Positions 49,389 to 63,464 of a stretch of 64,000 bases of DNA are shown one piece after another; within the stretch, counting starts at the first letter, position 1; each line of letters begins with the position of its first letter. A program made the position numbers and the translations under genes. Below the pieces are notes generated by a model, which saw only the letters and a list, made by a program, of their open reading frames with translations, did no database searches and was not told the DNA's origin. The stretch spans positions 69,070,001 to 69,134,000 of the forward strand of contig CM052817.1 in assembly GCA_028534125.1 (NCBI GenBank), read 5' to 3'. This stretch comes from Lama glama. Lineage: Eukaryota.

Positions 49389-49425
49389 ACACACACGCGC
49401 GCGCGCGCACACACACACACACACA
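49389..49425. repeat. (CA)n(CG)n(CA)n compound microsatellite
   Basis: acacacacgcgcgcgcgcgcacacacacacacacaca. Confidence 0.95.
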
Positions 49426-50064
49426 GATACTCTAAAAAAGAGCAAGAAAAAACAGAGGGAAGAAGGATAATACAAATAGCATGGAATATTTTTTAAAAAG
49501 GAAAAAAAAAGACAATACCTACATGGCTGGTAGGGGAAAGTTCATAAAAAGAAAAATAGGAGCTAATTTGTTTAAGTGGAAGATACAGATCATGAACAGT
49601 ATAAACAATTGATAAGGGGAAAAAAACTTACTAAGTTAGGAGTATCTAATGCAAAATAAAAAATACATTACTTCTAAACTAGCAGAAAGTAAAAATTACA
49701 GTCTATACAATGGAAACAGAAAGCCAGGGGGAAAAAAAAGAAAAAAAAATAAACTGGTAAATTAACATATAATGCTACAGATAAATTTTAGTATAACAAA
49801 TACTACAAGAAATCTAAATGAAACATACTCATCAATTGGAAAAAAAAAGCAGAGATTATCTGATATAATCAAGGAAGAAAAGTCCAGCAATATATTGTCA
49901 GTAGGAGGACATATTTAAATTAATGGAAAATGCAAATCAAGCAAAAGGAAAAATACATCCTGAACACAAGGAAATACGTGGTAGCTAATCATACAATCAA
50001 GCAAACCGGAATTTGAAACGAAAACTATTTCTGAAAGAAAAGAGATTTAAGATGGTAAAATGAG

Positions 50065-50330
50065 TATAATGCTAACAATACTAACATTAACAAACACATA
50101 TAAAGTGATTATTATATACTGTGTGCTGTTCTGATACATATTATAACACATTTAAACATCATAACAACCCAAAGATACAGCAACCACTTACTTTCCACAT
50201 TTAATAGATTAGAAAAGTGAGGCACCATTGGTTCAGCAACTTGCCCACAGCTAGAAAGTGCCAAAACCAGAATTAAAATTCTGGCACTATGGTTTCAGGT
50301 TCCATGCTATCATCTACTAAGTATACTAGT
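50065..50330 (-). mobile_element. MIR SINE
   Basis: 'cacatttaatagattagaaaagtgaggcac...gcaacttgcccacagctagaaagtg'. Confidence 0.75.
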
Positions 50331-50399
50331 CATGAACACATATTCAAGCAAACATATAGATAATGTCTATATCTAAGGAATAGATACATGGAGAACTTT

Positions 50400-51330
50400 A
50401 CTTTCAGCAATCTTTCATCCAATCTAAAAAACATCTGCCACATTTATAAATCCAGCCCACACATTTCTTCTGACTTGAATATTTAGCTTATTAGTCCACT
50501 CTCAAAGTCATCTTGTTGAAATTTGTCATTCCCCCAAACCTGCTTTACTCACAACCTGGGAATAACCTACATTCCTTTCTTCTCTCACACCTCACATCTG
50601 ATGTATCAGGAAACCTGTTTGCATCATCTTAAAAATATGCTCACAGTCCAGTCATACTTCGCTGTCGCCACTGCAATAGCCATGATGTGATTCATCATCA
50701 CTGATTATCTTGATTATTGCTATCATCTCCTAACTCTTCTCCTTCCTTCCATCCTTGACCCCACAGTTGATACCTCACTCAACAGCCGGTGTTTAAAATG
50801 TGAGAATCATACCACTCCTCTGTTCAAAAACTTCTGATGACTCCTATCTCTGAATTAAAGCCAGAGTTTTTACAATAGTCTACAAGACTGTCTATCATTT
50901 GGCCTCCAATACCAGACATTCCTTGAAGAGTCCGTCCACTACAGGACACCTCATGTGCTGGCCCTTCTCCCTGAAATGATATTCTTCCAGATATCTTAGT
51001 GATTAATTTGCTCACCTCCTTTTGCTTTCTATCCAAATGCTACCTTTCAAAAAAGCCCAACCTTGATCATTCTGTTTAAAATTGAAATCCTACCCCATTT
51101 GGCATTGCCAATCTGCCTTACCCAATTCTACATTTTTTCCTTCCCATAGCATTTGTCTCTTTCTAACTTTCTATTTCAGTATTAGCTATTATTAATTATC
51201 TTTTTCCCTCTGGTAGAATATAAGCTCCATGAGGAAAGACATGTTGTCTGTTTTATTCACTAACTTTTCCCTAGTGCTTAGAAGAGTGCCAGAAACAGAG
51301 TATTTATTAAATACTGTTGCATGACTAAAT
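50400..51330 (+). mobile_element. L2a 3' fragment
   Basis: 'accactcctctgttcaaaaacttctgatgactcc...tagaatataagctccatgagg...ccctagtgcttagaagagtgcc'. Confidence 0.85.
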
Positions 51331-52764
51331 AAGAAGTACTCAAAAACTAAATTGTGTCAAGGCCATATGGAAGCTTCAATATATTTTTAAAAAATGAATA
51401 TTATACTGATACTGTTCTCTGATCACAGAGCAATAAAATTAGAAATTAATAATTAAAAGGAACTTTTTAAAAATCCCTGATGTCTAGAAAAAGCTAAATA
51501 ATGTACTTTGAAAAAAACCCTTGAGTTAAAGAGCAAATCTTTAGGGAAATTATAAAATGGTAAGAGCTGAACAAAAATGAAAACACTGCAGTTAAAATTT
51601 ATCGTACATAGCTAAAGCAGAATTTGGAAAGAAAGTTACAGCCTTGTACAGATAGTCATAAAGTGGGAAATACTGAAACGAGGCTAATTCCATCTTAAAA
51701 AGAGCAACAGAACAAAGCCAATGAAACAAGAAGAATACAGCAAACATCAGAGCAAAATTAATTTAAATAAATAATGAGAGAAGAAGAAGAAGATCAAAGC
51801 AAAAGACTGATTTAAAAAAATCAAAACTTTGACAAGATTTATTAAGGTACGAAAAGGAAGATGCAAAGCAAAAATGTACAAGGAAAGGGAAAAGTAATCT
51901 CAGGACACAGAGTTTAAAAAGCAAGATAAGAATGCATTGAATAATATAACTATGCTAATAAATTTGATAATAGAGACCCATTGTTTTCAACCAGAGGCAA
52001 TCCCTAGCTGGCATTTGGAAATCTGTGAGGAAATCACAATGGTTGGGAATGCAGTTGGTATATTTAATGTCCAGAGCTCAGTATAGAAAACTTGAATAAT
52101 TGAAAGAAATTGAAATGATAAGTGAAAGATATACCATTTTCCTCCTACCCCTGCTCTCCCACCAAAAGTGCAGGTCTAGGTCTATATTGCTTTATTTCTG
52201 AATTTTGCTAAACTTTCAATAAACAGAAATACCTACCATATGTATTTGGTTTCAAGAAGTAGAAAAAGAGAAGTTCACTAATAAATTTTATGAGGCTGCC
52301 ACAACACTTCTGTAATAGCAGCTAAGAACAGTCTAAGAAGAGTACGTGATAGACCATTTTTATTTTAAATCTAGAAGTAAATATGTTAAGTACATTTTAT
52401 CTAAGTCCAGAATACACTGGGAAACTAAGGATGGTTCAACATCTTAAACTATTATTTTTTAAACCATCTTTTTTTTTTACCACATAATTATTTGAGTTTT
52501 ACAACAATGCAGATAAAGCATTTCATAAAATTAATTACCTATATACGATTTTTTTAAGTCTCAGAAAACAAAGACTAGGTTAAACTGTCTTAACAATATA
52601 AATCTGATACCTTAAACCTACAGAAAGAAAGCATCCTTCTTAATGGAAGAAATTTAGATGAATTTAGATGCATATGATCAGTAAAAGGATATGGATGTCC
52701 ATCATCACGGTTACTTTTTAGCATAATAGTGCAGATCCTTACCAGCTGCTAGAATCTGAAAAGT

Positions 52765-53061
52765 TGTATCCCAAATCCCACCCCCAAATTCGTATGTTAA
52801 AGTCCAAATGCCCAATGTGATGGTCTTAGTAGGTTAGGCCTTTGGGAGGCCATCCTCTTTATAAAAGACAGTATCGCCCTTAACTTGTGTTCTATGAGGA
52901 TATAATGAGGGTCTGTGACACAGAAGAGGGCTCTGACCTGACTGTGTTGGCACCTTGATCTCAGACTTCCTGCCTCCAGAACTCTAAGCAACAAATGTCT
53001 GCTGTTTATAAGCTGCTCAGTCTGTGATATTTTGTTATGGCAGTCCACGTGAACTAAGACA
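52765..53061 (+). mobile_element. MaLR LTR (MLT1A-like)
   Basis: 'cccccaaattcgtatgttaaagtccaaatgcccaatgtgatgg...gaactaagaca'. Confidence 0.85.
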
Positions 53062-53324
53062 CTAACATTTGAGAAATAAGCAGAAAGAGCGTAAAGATAG
53101 GAAAGAAAAAAAATCTATTATTTACATAATTCAACAATAAGCAACTTTTAAATAATAATAGGAGGATTCACTTGAAAGAAAATTAAACTTAGGAAATCAG
53201 TGGTATCTTTATCAGCATCAACTAGAAAATAAGTAAAACATAGTGGGATTCCACCTATAAGAGAAATAAATTATAAAATATATAACTTTTGTTAAAAAAA
53301 ACAATTAAAAATAAAAAACCAATT

Positions 53325-53922
53325 TAGCTCCTCCCATCTCTGATACCACCATACTGTTCTCTGTATGTATGAGTTTTTAATATCTTTTTTAGGATTCCAC
53401 ATATAAGTGAGATCATATGGTATTTGGCTTTCTAACTTATCTCACCTAGCATAATATCCTCAGACTTCATCTATGTTGTTACAAATGGCAAGATTTCATT
53501 CTTATTTTTTTCCCTAGTTTTATTGAGATATAATTCACATATATCACTGTGTATGCTTTAGGGTACAGCATAATGGTTTGACTTACATATATTGTAGACT
53601 TACATATATTGTAAAGCAGTTACCACAATAAGTTTAATTAGCATCCACCATCTCGTGTAGATACAGTAAAAAAGCCAAAAAAAAAGTTTTCCTTATGATG
53701 AAAACTCTTATAATTTACTATCTTAACAACTTTCATATACATCATACAGCATTGTTAACCATAGTCATCAATTGTACATTGTGTCCCTGATACTTATGTA
53801 TCTTGTAACTAGAAGTTTATACCTTTTGACCATTTCTTCCTTCTCCCATCCCCCATCTCTGGTAACCACAAAAAACCTCAATCTTTTTATGGCTGAATAA
53901 CATTCCATTATGTGTGTATATG

Positions 53923-53955
<33 letters not shown>

Positions 53956-54080
53956 ATAAAAATATGTGTACCCCACATTTTCTTTATCCATTCATCCATT
54001 GATGGACACTTAGGTTGCTTCCATCTCTTGGCTATTATAGATAATGCTGCAGTCAACATGGAGGTGCAGATATCTTTTTG
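53325..54080 (-). mobile_element. L1MA 3' fragment with nested L1 3' end (~53505-53880)
   Basis: ORF 53817-54059 AALSIIAKRWKQPKCPSMDEWIKKMW is the ORF2p C-terminus; a second 3' terminus 'ttttattgagatataattcacat' lies inside. Confidence 0.8.
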
Positions 54081-54759
54081 TATAAATCCTATTTCACAGT
54101 ATAACCAATTAAAACTCTAACAAACTTTTAGGTGGAAAGAATTTACATGGAAGATACTAATAGCAAAGTGAAGGGGATGTATTACCAGATATTAAAACAT
54201 ATTATAAATCTATAGTAATAGTTTCCGGCTCTTCTCCCCAGGATATAGACAGATGGAGATAGCATCACTCTCACTCTGACAAAAAAATCCCAGAGCATCT
54301 ACGAAGTTGTTATTGTTCTTCAGTTTCTCAGTGAGCTGAGATTACAGAGGAACCTATTTGCCCCTAATCTACAAGAAAGATAGATGCCCCCAACTCATGT
54401 TTGTGCATGAGAGAAAGACAGCACTGCCTTACAATTGAGTGGGAAGAATCTGCAATTTACAAATTGCTGAAGGCTGTGTGTGGGCAAGTTTATGAAGTTA
54501 TAAAGTCCTTGGGCAAGTGTGAAAGGCGAGTATGAAGCTGCAGATACAAGGGGAGTTTGCATTAATTTGTAAGCTTGTCTCCACAGACCTCAAGTGAGCA
54601 TCCACACGAAGATAGCCAGTCAGGAAAGCTAGAGAGCTCCTGTCAGTGGTGCAGGCTTGAATGCGGTCAGGCTGCTGCTGTGGGAAATGCTCTAAATCCT
54701 CCAGGATCCTTTTCATCCAGAGAGTCAAAGACACAGTATCGCCAAACACTAATTCTTCC

Positions 54760-56255
54760 CAATTTGATATGTATATTCACTGGAATACCCCCCAAAATCC
54801 CAAAATTTTTGAGACAGAAAGATTTATTCTAAAATATACATAGAAAAGCAAAGGAACTAGAATATCCAAATACAACTTGAAAAAGAAAAACAAAGAGAAC
54901 ACACTATCTGAGTTCAAGATTCACTTTAAAATTTTGGTAATTGGGGCAGAGTGATATTGGCAGAAGGAGGGAATATACATTACAGCAGAACAGAAAGAGA
55001 ATGTGGAAATAGACTCACCCACATAGTCAGTTGTTATACAAAGGGTATTTAATGGAGCAAGGACAGTCTTTTCAACAAATGGCACTGGAACAATTGGATA
55101 TTTGTATACATAAAAGTAGCCTGACCTCACAACCTATACCAAAATGAAGTCAAAATAGACTGTGGTCCTTGTTGTAAACCCTAAGTTATAAAACTTTAAG
55201 AAGGTAACATATGAGAAAAAGATCTTTGTGATTTTGAGACAGGCAAATATTTTTTACATACCTCTCCAAAAGCACTATCTATAAAAGACAAAATTGATAC
55301 ATTGGATTCACTTAAAATTAAAACTTTCTGCCCTTCTAAAACAGTTAATGAAGTAAATGTCAAAGCAACAGACTGGAAGAAAACTATTTGTGAAACACAT
55401 GTATTCAGGCTATATTTAAAAAAAATTCTCAAAATGCAGGAATAAGTAAACAGAAAACCCAGTTAAAAAGTAGAGGCAAACAGCTTTAACAGACACTTTA
55501 CAAAATAAGATATAAGAATGGCAAGAAAACATGAGAAAACCCTTAATATCATTAGTCATAACCAGAAAGTAAATTGAAATGACAGATACCAGTACACACC
55601 TATTGAAATGACTGGAAAAAAAATTGAAAAAAAAAAGTAAATGACAGTATTAGTTGCTGGAAAGGGTGCATCGCGCCTGGAAATCTCACACATTGCTGAT
55701 GAGAATGCTGATAGTGTAACTGTCACTTTGGAAAACAGTTCAGCTGTTTCTTATAAACTAAAACATATAACCCGGAAATCATGTTCATACAAAAACCTGT
55801 GTGTGAATATTTATTGTAGCTTTATTCATAATCACCAAAAATGGAAAATAGCATAAATACTCTTTAAATGATAAATGGTATATTCAAAGGATAGCTTACT
55901 ACTCACCAATAACAAAGAATAAGCTACTGATACATGTAACATGGATTGTCTCAAATGAATCATGCTAAGTGAAGGAAGCCATTCTCAAAAGGCTACATGC
56001 TACATGATTCCATTTGTATGAAATTCTGGAAAAGGCAAATCTAGAGGGACAAAAAACAGATCAGAGGTTGCCAGAGTCTAGGCTGGAAATATATGTTGAC
56101 TACAAAGGAGAATGAGGGTATTTGTGGAGGAGGTGACAAATTCTTCTCAATAGCTTGGTATGGTGGTAGTAGTTACATTGACTTAATGTGTTTGTCAAAA
56201 ATCATCGAACTCTACCTCAGAAGATGAATTTCACTGTTTGTAAAACATATCCTAA
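54760..56255 (+). mobile_element. L1MC/MD-like ORF2 3' region and 3'UTR
   Basis: 'gagcaaggacagtcttttcaacaaatggcactggaacaattggata', 'catgctaagtgaaggaagccattctcaaaaggctacatgc'. Confidence 0.85.
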
Positions 56256-57081
56256 CACACATTGACAATATTACAATATAGTAAAGCCATAGTAATGAAA
56301 ATATTATGAAACTAACATGAACACAAAAGTAGACCAAGAGAACACCATTGAGAGTTTAGAAAGAGATATGTGTTTATACACACACACACACACAAACTTA
56401 GTTGATAACTTGTCACTCCCAAATGCTTGGGAAAACTGTTCACCATATGGAGAAAAATACAGCTCAATCCCTAATGCACCATATGCAGAAGTGGGTTTCA
56501 TGTGGTTTATAACCTTAATGTGAAAGGTAATACCATAGGCTAATGGAATAGAATATTAAAGTGTATCTTTGTGATCCAGGGTTAGGGGAGTCTTCCTGAA
56601 TAAGACCTCAAAAGAGAACCCTAAGGTGAAAACTGATCAAATAAAATTAATTATTTTGGGATGGCATATGGGAAATCCTCGACTAATCAAACGGCTAACA
56701 AGTTTATTGAGAGAAATGATACAACTCATTAACAATGAGCAAAATGGAAATTAATAAACACATTTAAAAGTATATAAAATGTAGTGAAATTAAGTATTGG
56801 TGTACCTTCAGACCACGGAATCACACATGTGACTATATATTTCACTGCTCGGGATGGGAGGAAAATTTGATTGGTTCACTGCAGTAGGGTTGGCCATAGT
56901 GGCGAGTCAGAGGTCATTATACCTCTGCAGTTCATTAATATATAAGCATGTGGTCGAGGAAATACTCTAAAAGATGATTCACCAGTGAGGAGCAATAAGC
57001 TAGAGGTTTATTCACCTTTAAATGGAAATAATAATAATACACATACAGTAGAGTTACTGAGAAAATAAATAAGTTAATATA

Positions 57082-57442
57082 GCATCTTAGTCCCTTTGTG
57101 CTGCTATAACCGTAGACTGGAGAGCTTATAAACAACAGAAATTTATTCCCCACAGTTCATGAGGCTGGAAGTGTGAAACCAAGTTGCTAGCATGGTCAGG
57201 TTCTGGTGAGGGCCTTCTGACTGATTACTGCTTCTCCTTGTGTCCTCACGTGGCTGAGAGCAGAGAGAGGAAGCCAGTGCCCTTGTGATTCTTAGAAGGG
57301 CTCTGATCCCATTTATGGGGGCTCCACCCTCCCGACCTCATCTAATCCTAATTACCTCTCAAAGGCCCGTAATACCATCCAATTGAGGGGTAGGTCTTCA
57401 ACATATGAATTTTGGAGGAACATAAATATTCAGCCCATAACA
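57082..57442 (-). mobile_element. MaLR solo LTR (MLT1A/MST-like)
   Basis: 'tcttagtccctttgtgctgctataac...gcttataaacaacagaaatttatt...attcagcccataaca'. Confidence 0.85.
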
Positions 57443-60400
57443 CACAGTGTGTATAAAAACTTTGACAGTACCTGACAAAATTATAAATACCCAATATTAG
57501 TTACCACTATTTTTTTGTTGCATACAATAATATGACAAGATGATTTTTAATAGTATTAAGTGAAAAAAGTAAGAAACAGAGTTTAAAAGGTTAAAAGAGA
57601 GAGAGCTGCATAATTCTCACCACTGTTAAATCAGCTGATTTTGTAATTTGAGACAAAGCATTTCAGAAGCTGACCCCCCCCCCCACCCGCTTTTTTGGCT
57701 CTTTCTACCAACATCTCAGTAAGCCTTAGGGATCTGAAATGGCTTATCTCCCGTTAGTAACAAACCTTGGGGATATTTATAATAAATTCTAACTGTATTG
57801 TGCTTTGTGTGTTGGCTGCCCCACACTTTCCTTCCCACGGATTCTCCCCTTCCCGGGTCAGAGCTGAGCTGTAAGTATGCACCATTGCCCTCTGCTGGAT
57901 GAACGTTTAGTGTCCTGTTACAAGTAGGGTTGGATTTTCTGGAGCTCTAAAGTTAAGCTTCATGTGTTATGATTAACTCATAAAATAGTATCAGCATTGC
58001 TTAATATGGCCTCTAAATAGAATTTGGGTGCTGAATTATATGGTGACATCTTTAATTCCTTTATTTTAGTTCAGAAAATGTTAAAGTGTTTCAGTGGAAT
58101 ATATTCAAGGTGTTAGTCTAGATTCTGTGTGTCTCAGTTGTATGTGTGTATTTACTTGGTGACCTGCTAGGGATGTTAACTTTTTTCCTTTGATTTAGTA
58201 TAAAGGTTTGAGATTGATCTTTCCAAAAATAATTATATCTGCATTAATTCCAACTTTGAAATCTAAATTTGTGCTTCCCATCTCATATGCCTTAATATAT
58301 TAAAGTATTACGCTTTTTATCCTCTCCTTAAATCAGTCTCTGACATTGAGACTTGTCCAAAGATGGTCGTTGGTTTCCTGGGAAAAGGTAAATTCCAGGG
58401 AATAATGTCTTCATTCAGTAGAGGCAGCTACCTCAGTCTTAAATTTTCTTTTGCTTAATGTCAGCTACTCCACTAAGGCAGCCAAATTCTTTCTTAAAAT
58501 AGTCACACTGATATCAGCTAATAACTATTAATAAACAGCTAATAAACTTTTTGAAAGATAAAGAACTATGATTTTTTTTCAAGGATAAAAATTAAAAGAC
58601 TCTCAAAGTTTATTTTTCTTAGTTTTTTGATAATGAACATTCTTAATTTCTTTTCTGGACTAACATTCAACACAATGGAAAGTCTGGAAATAACTTTCAG
58701 AATTTAACTCCATAAAATGGTTAATTTGAGTTAAGTATACAATTTTCCATTAAAGATGCTTATTACCTTGTTATTTTGTTGGACCTTTAAACTCAGTTTT
58801 AAGACCTGTGTATCTGAGCTTCTGTACAGTCTATGCTGTGTGAAATGAAGGCAAGCATCCCTCCCCTGTGCGTCACTGGAATGTCACATGCTAATGCCAT
58901 TTCTCAACACAGTTGTTTTAGTTCTATTAAAAATTAATTGTAACTAAAACAGACAGTTCTAAGCCTCCAGGCTTGTTGAGTCAGAAGATGAGTAATGATC
59001 TGTAGTAAGGAAGGTTTGTCCACAGAATCTTCTGCTCTGACTCTTCGATGCTTATGTGCCCAGGAAGAAAATCTTAACAACTGAAAAAAAGGGGGGAAGT
59101 GGCAGAAAGGGCCCTGAAAGGGAGTTAAATGACAGGATTAAAGCACATCTATTTGGAAGAATATAGTAGGGACAAAGAAGGAGCCTCTCCTGGGTTGAGA
59201 TGCAAGGGAGATGGTGGTGGGAGTGAATTGGAGGAAACATTAAGCTTCCCACACTGGTTTTGAAAAGAAGTAGCAAAGGTGGACTTCGAATCTACTTGAT
59301 AGATGCCTCTCCAAGGTCGTTTATATGAAGTTCTATCTAGCAAAAGGGAGGTGATTTTGGAAAATCCACATTTAATTCCATTATGGGAATTACATTTAAA
59401 GTTTGCCATTTATCTGTTAAGAGTGTTCTGAGACTACCTCAGCATAGCTGAAGCTTTATTGGCTGACTGCCAGGAAATAATGACTTTGCTACAATTTCTG
59501 GAAATTGACTTTATATAGCTCAAAATAAGGGGCAGTTGAAGTTGTATTTGATATGATTCTTTTGTTGTTGGTTCGATGAACTTCTTTGCCATTTTGCTTG
59601 GTATTGCTTGTGTTTGGGAAGGCTAGGACATTGGGAACAGCATCCAGATGCAGATGCTTCAGGTTGGCATGTTAGATATTCTACTTAGTAGTTTTAAAAG
59701 GCTGTATCATGCATGAAGACATAATCTTTGCAGAGAGAGTGTTGCGAGATCAAGTAGTTTCCCAGTATCCTCTGGCAAGAAGCTCTGAGACTGTGGAAGA
59801 GAGTTTGTGGGAGGAAACCAAGATCTTGTTAGAAATTGGGCAAAGGGGTCAAAAAGGAAGATGTTCCCATAGGATTCAGTGTTACAGAGTGTATCCTCAA
59901 CACCAGCAACAGAGACACCTGTATTAAAATTCGCTAACTCTTGACATCTTCTATTGGACATTTAGTTTGCATGCCAAGCCTGTAAGATAAGCATAAAGTT
60001 CCTAATTCATTGTATTTAAGATTTCTAACTATAATTGAAACCTAGTCTAAACATTTTTGTATTTTATTTCTTGGCAAAATTTTTCTATTCTTAAAACCCT
60101 TATAATCAAGTTTTGACCTCATTCTCTCTCCCATACCTCATCAATTTACTTGATATTCAAGATTACTTGGCATTCATACGTAGGCTTCTTGGCATTTTTA
60201 CCCACTTCTTTATACTACAGCTGCCTCGGGTCACCCTGCTTTACATGGCAACTGAATGTATAAATCTGTCCTTTTGTTTCCAGGTTCAGGCTTGGTGGGA
60301 AAATAAAGCCATACATTTCTCTAGAATCCAAAGAAAGCCTCTAGCAGCCAGTGGTAGATGCTGATCAGATTTGTTAAGCTGGAAAGTATGTTCAAACTCC

Positions 60401-61059
60401 TCTTTAAAGGGACAGATTTAGAGATACCCATCAGGTCCAATTTATTCTCTTTGTCTTCTTTTCTGTGTTTAGGTCTTTTCTGCTTCAGGTCCTGCTGATC
60501 AACAGTGGCCTCAGGCCACCAGCAGATGCACTTGACCATGACCCCATAGAGGTGGGAGCTATAGGAGAGCTTTCTGCAGAGCTAGCCACAAGCTCCCACT
60601 AGGCGGACTCGCTTTAACAGCTGTATGGACTTGGCTTCTAGAGTAACTGGTTGGCAATGCCATCCCTTATCCTCTAGCTCTGCATTCCAGACCTTCATTT
60701 CCTAGCTCCTCCCACAGTTGGCTAAGATAAAATAACTATCATAAATTTTCCATAACACTCATTACATCTCTGCTGCCTCCACTGATCCTTTGCTAATAAA
60801 ATGAGAATTTGCCCATCCTGATTTTTTGAAAAATGGGCTCCCACTGTGATAACTCTTTTCTCATTCTTTCTTACATATACAGATTAGTCTTGGTGATGTC
60901 TCCTATACCAACTTTTCAGTAGTTAACTCCATAATACTAAAAGGATAACAACATTCATGAAATTTATGCCTATTTGTGTAGTGATTAAATTTTTCTTTAC
61001 AAAAAGACTTAAAGTCAGAGTTCTCTGATTCGTTGAATCATATGATACTTTGATTAGTT

Positions 61060-61840
61060 TGGACCAATTATTCAGGGAGAAAGTAGTGACCAAAACAGAC
61101 ATAATTATTACTCTCTTGAAATTTATAATCTAGTGATTGATTCCTGGCAATTACATAGTCAATAAAATGCAGTGTAAACTGTGTAACTGTAAGGACGGTA
61201 AAGAAGAAGAGTAGCATCCCAGACCAGGGGAAGGAAGGGTCAAAATACTTCCTGAAAGAAATGAGATCTCTCTTAAGAAATATATATTCTAGGAAAAAGA
61301 ACCAGAATATTCAGTTCAAGATGAGAGGGAAATGGTGAGTTCCTTATGGGAACTGTGAATGTGTTTAGGATGCTGAGAACACGGTCTAAGTGGTAAAAAG
61401 TAACAAAACAGTAAACTGGAGAGATAAGCAGGAACCTTCCAAGCTGTGTTATTCTAAGAGTAATAGGGACTGATTATAGGACAGAAGTCAAGGAAATCAT
61501 ATAATTCTATTTTGTTGTGAAAATATCACTGCCTGCAACATGAAAAATGAATTCAAACAAAGGGTAGATTAGCAAGGGATGAGAATAAAGATGAACTGTC
61601 TGTCAGGGAACTGCTGAAATAGTCCTGTGGATGGTGGCCCCAAACTAATAAATACTCAGAATAGAGAATTTATAGGACTTAATGACTCACTGAATGTAGG
61701 GGAAAGTAGAAATAAATGATGACTTCCAGCATTTTCACTTGGGCAAATGGAGGGGTGGTGGTACCATCCACTGTGATAGGAAACATGCAAGGTCATCTAG
61801 TGTTTGCAAGGGAGGCAGAAAGGTAATAAGTACAGTTTTC
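61060..61840 (-). mobile_element. L2 fragment
   Basis: 'ataaatgatgacttccagcattttcacttgggcaaatggaggggtggtggtaccatccactgtgataggaa'. Confidence 0.7.
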
Positions 61841-61936
61841 TTTCTCATTCACTGTCCACTGTTCTTCAGTAAGTTATCTTAGCTCTTTCTTCAAAATATG
61901 TAGAATTCAGTCACCTATTTAAAAAAAATACTCTGT

Positions 61937-62435
61937 TGTGGATCATTAGCATCCCAGAATACGTTTGGAACATGGTTTTTCTGCTTTTCTTATAAATTGA
62001 TAGAATTACTTCCCTGCTCCTTGAATCTTGACTAGCCTTGTGACTTGCTTGGCCAACAGAATGTGGCAGAGGTGACTGTGCCAGTCCTGTGGTCAGCTTA
62101 CAAAGTTTGCACGCTCCTGCTGTCTCTTGAAACCCTGCCTCCACCACATGAATAAGCCCAGGCAGGCCTGCTGGAGAATGAGGCAACATACAGAGGAGAT
62201 GCCAGCCATCCCAGCTGAGACCATCCAAGGCGGACCTACAGTGAGCTAGTCTTCCAAAGTATGGGAGGCCAAGGTCAGCAGAGCTCCCTGTAGCCAACCA
62301 CAGATACATGGGTAGGCTCAGTTTGAGACCAGACAAAGAAAACATCCAGACTACCTGGAGACTCGTGAGGGATAATTAATGCTTGGGGTTTTAAGTCCTT
62401 TAGTTTGGGGATGATGCAGCCGTCAGCTGGTTTTC
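61937..62435 (+). mobile_element. MaLR LTR (MLT1F/G-like) inserted in an L2a
   Basis: 'ccttgaatcttgactagccttgtgacttgcttggccaacagaatgtggcagaggtgac...ttttaagtcctttagtttgggg'. Confidence 0.8.
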
Positions 62436-62439
62436 CTGA

Positions 62440-63062
62440 TTCCAACTTTGCTTCCCTTGTTCTGGCCATCAGAATAATCTCATCCAAATCTAAGTTAGGT
62501 CATGACACTCTTCTCAAAACACAGCAACGGTCTAGATTTCATTCAAAGTAAAGAGCAGGGGTCCCAAAAGAAGCCCGAAAGGCACTAAATGGTCTGCCCA
62601 CTGGCTGCCGCTTTGCTTCCGTTTGTGACTCTTCCACAGTTACCTTGGACTCCCTGTGGTTCTCACACTCTCTAGGCTTATCCTACCCTAGGGCATTTGC
62701 ACTTGCTGTTTCCTCTGTCCAGAGTGTTCTTTCTCCGGCTGTCCACATGAATTACTCCTTCATCTCCTTTAGATCTGGAGTCAAATATTGCTTTCTCAGG
62801 GAGAAGTTTCCCTGACTAACTGCTTCCAGTAGCAGCCCTCCCTGTCTCCCTTCCATGGTTTATTTTTCTCCCTGTCACTTACCATCTATCTAGCATTAGT
62901 TGGTGTGATTTTAAAACTATTTTATGTATTTGCTTGTTGTAAGCTATATGATGTCAGAGAGTGTTGTCTGTATAGTTCAGTTTTCTATCCCTAATCCTCA
63001 AATAATTCTTGGCTTCCAGTAACTTTTAAGTTAAACAAAAAAACTGGTAAGCGAATGAATAC
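62440..63062 (+). mobile_element. L2a 3' fragment (upstream part at ~61845-61915)
   Basis: 'agggcatttgcacttgctgtttcctctgtccagagtgttctt' and terminal 'gaatgaat'. Confidence 0.8.
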
Positions 63063-63074
63063 ATTGAGCACTTT

Positions 63075-63190
63075 AATAGCTACGTCTAGATTTTTCAGTT
63101 GTGTGAGTCAATAAGTACCCTATTTGAAATTCTTTTGCTTTAATTTGAGTTTCTGCCACTGACTTCTAAACAAACCCTGACCAAATCAAG
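63075..63190 (+). mobile_element. Old MaLR LTR 3' fragment
   Basis: 'tagatttttcagttgtgtgagtcaataagtaccc...tttgagtttctgccact...ccctgaccaaatca'. Confidence 0.55.
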
Positions 63191-63444
63191 TAGATGGAAT
63201 CTAAAGCCAAACAGTAGGACAGGATATCCCTGGGAGAGTCTGAAGAATATGAAAGAGAGGGGATCCAGGTCCCTGAAAAATACCCAGTTTTCCAGGCAGA
63301 AGGATATCAGAGTAGGAGCCTAGATAGGAGATCACAATATTTCAAGACAGAAGGCATGGAAAACAGTGTCAGATTTTACCAAGAGGGCAAATACAATACA
63401 AGTTGGAAGACCCGACTGAGTTTTTATCTTTTATTTTCTTGCTT

Positions 63445-63464
63445 TGTGTGTGTGTGTGTGTGTG
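63445..63464. repeat. (TG)n microsatellite
   Basis: Read directly from the sequence. Confidence 0.9.

Larger units (their letters stand above)
49700..52755 (+). mobile_element. Ancient L1ME ORF2 relic interrupted by MIR, L2 and a probable MER20-like piece (~51980-52080)
   Basis: 'ttctctgatcacagagcaataaaattagaaattaat', 'tatgctaataaatttgataa', 'ggatggttcaacat', 'gatgtccatcatcac'. Confidence 0.7.

Noticed and set aside
59707..59961. Overlapping 72- and 84-aa ORFs on opposite strands
   Set aside because: No recognisable domain, and the lengths are within chance expectation.
61911..62345. 144-aa ORF
   Set aside because: It is an antisense read-through of an MLT1 LTR.
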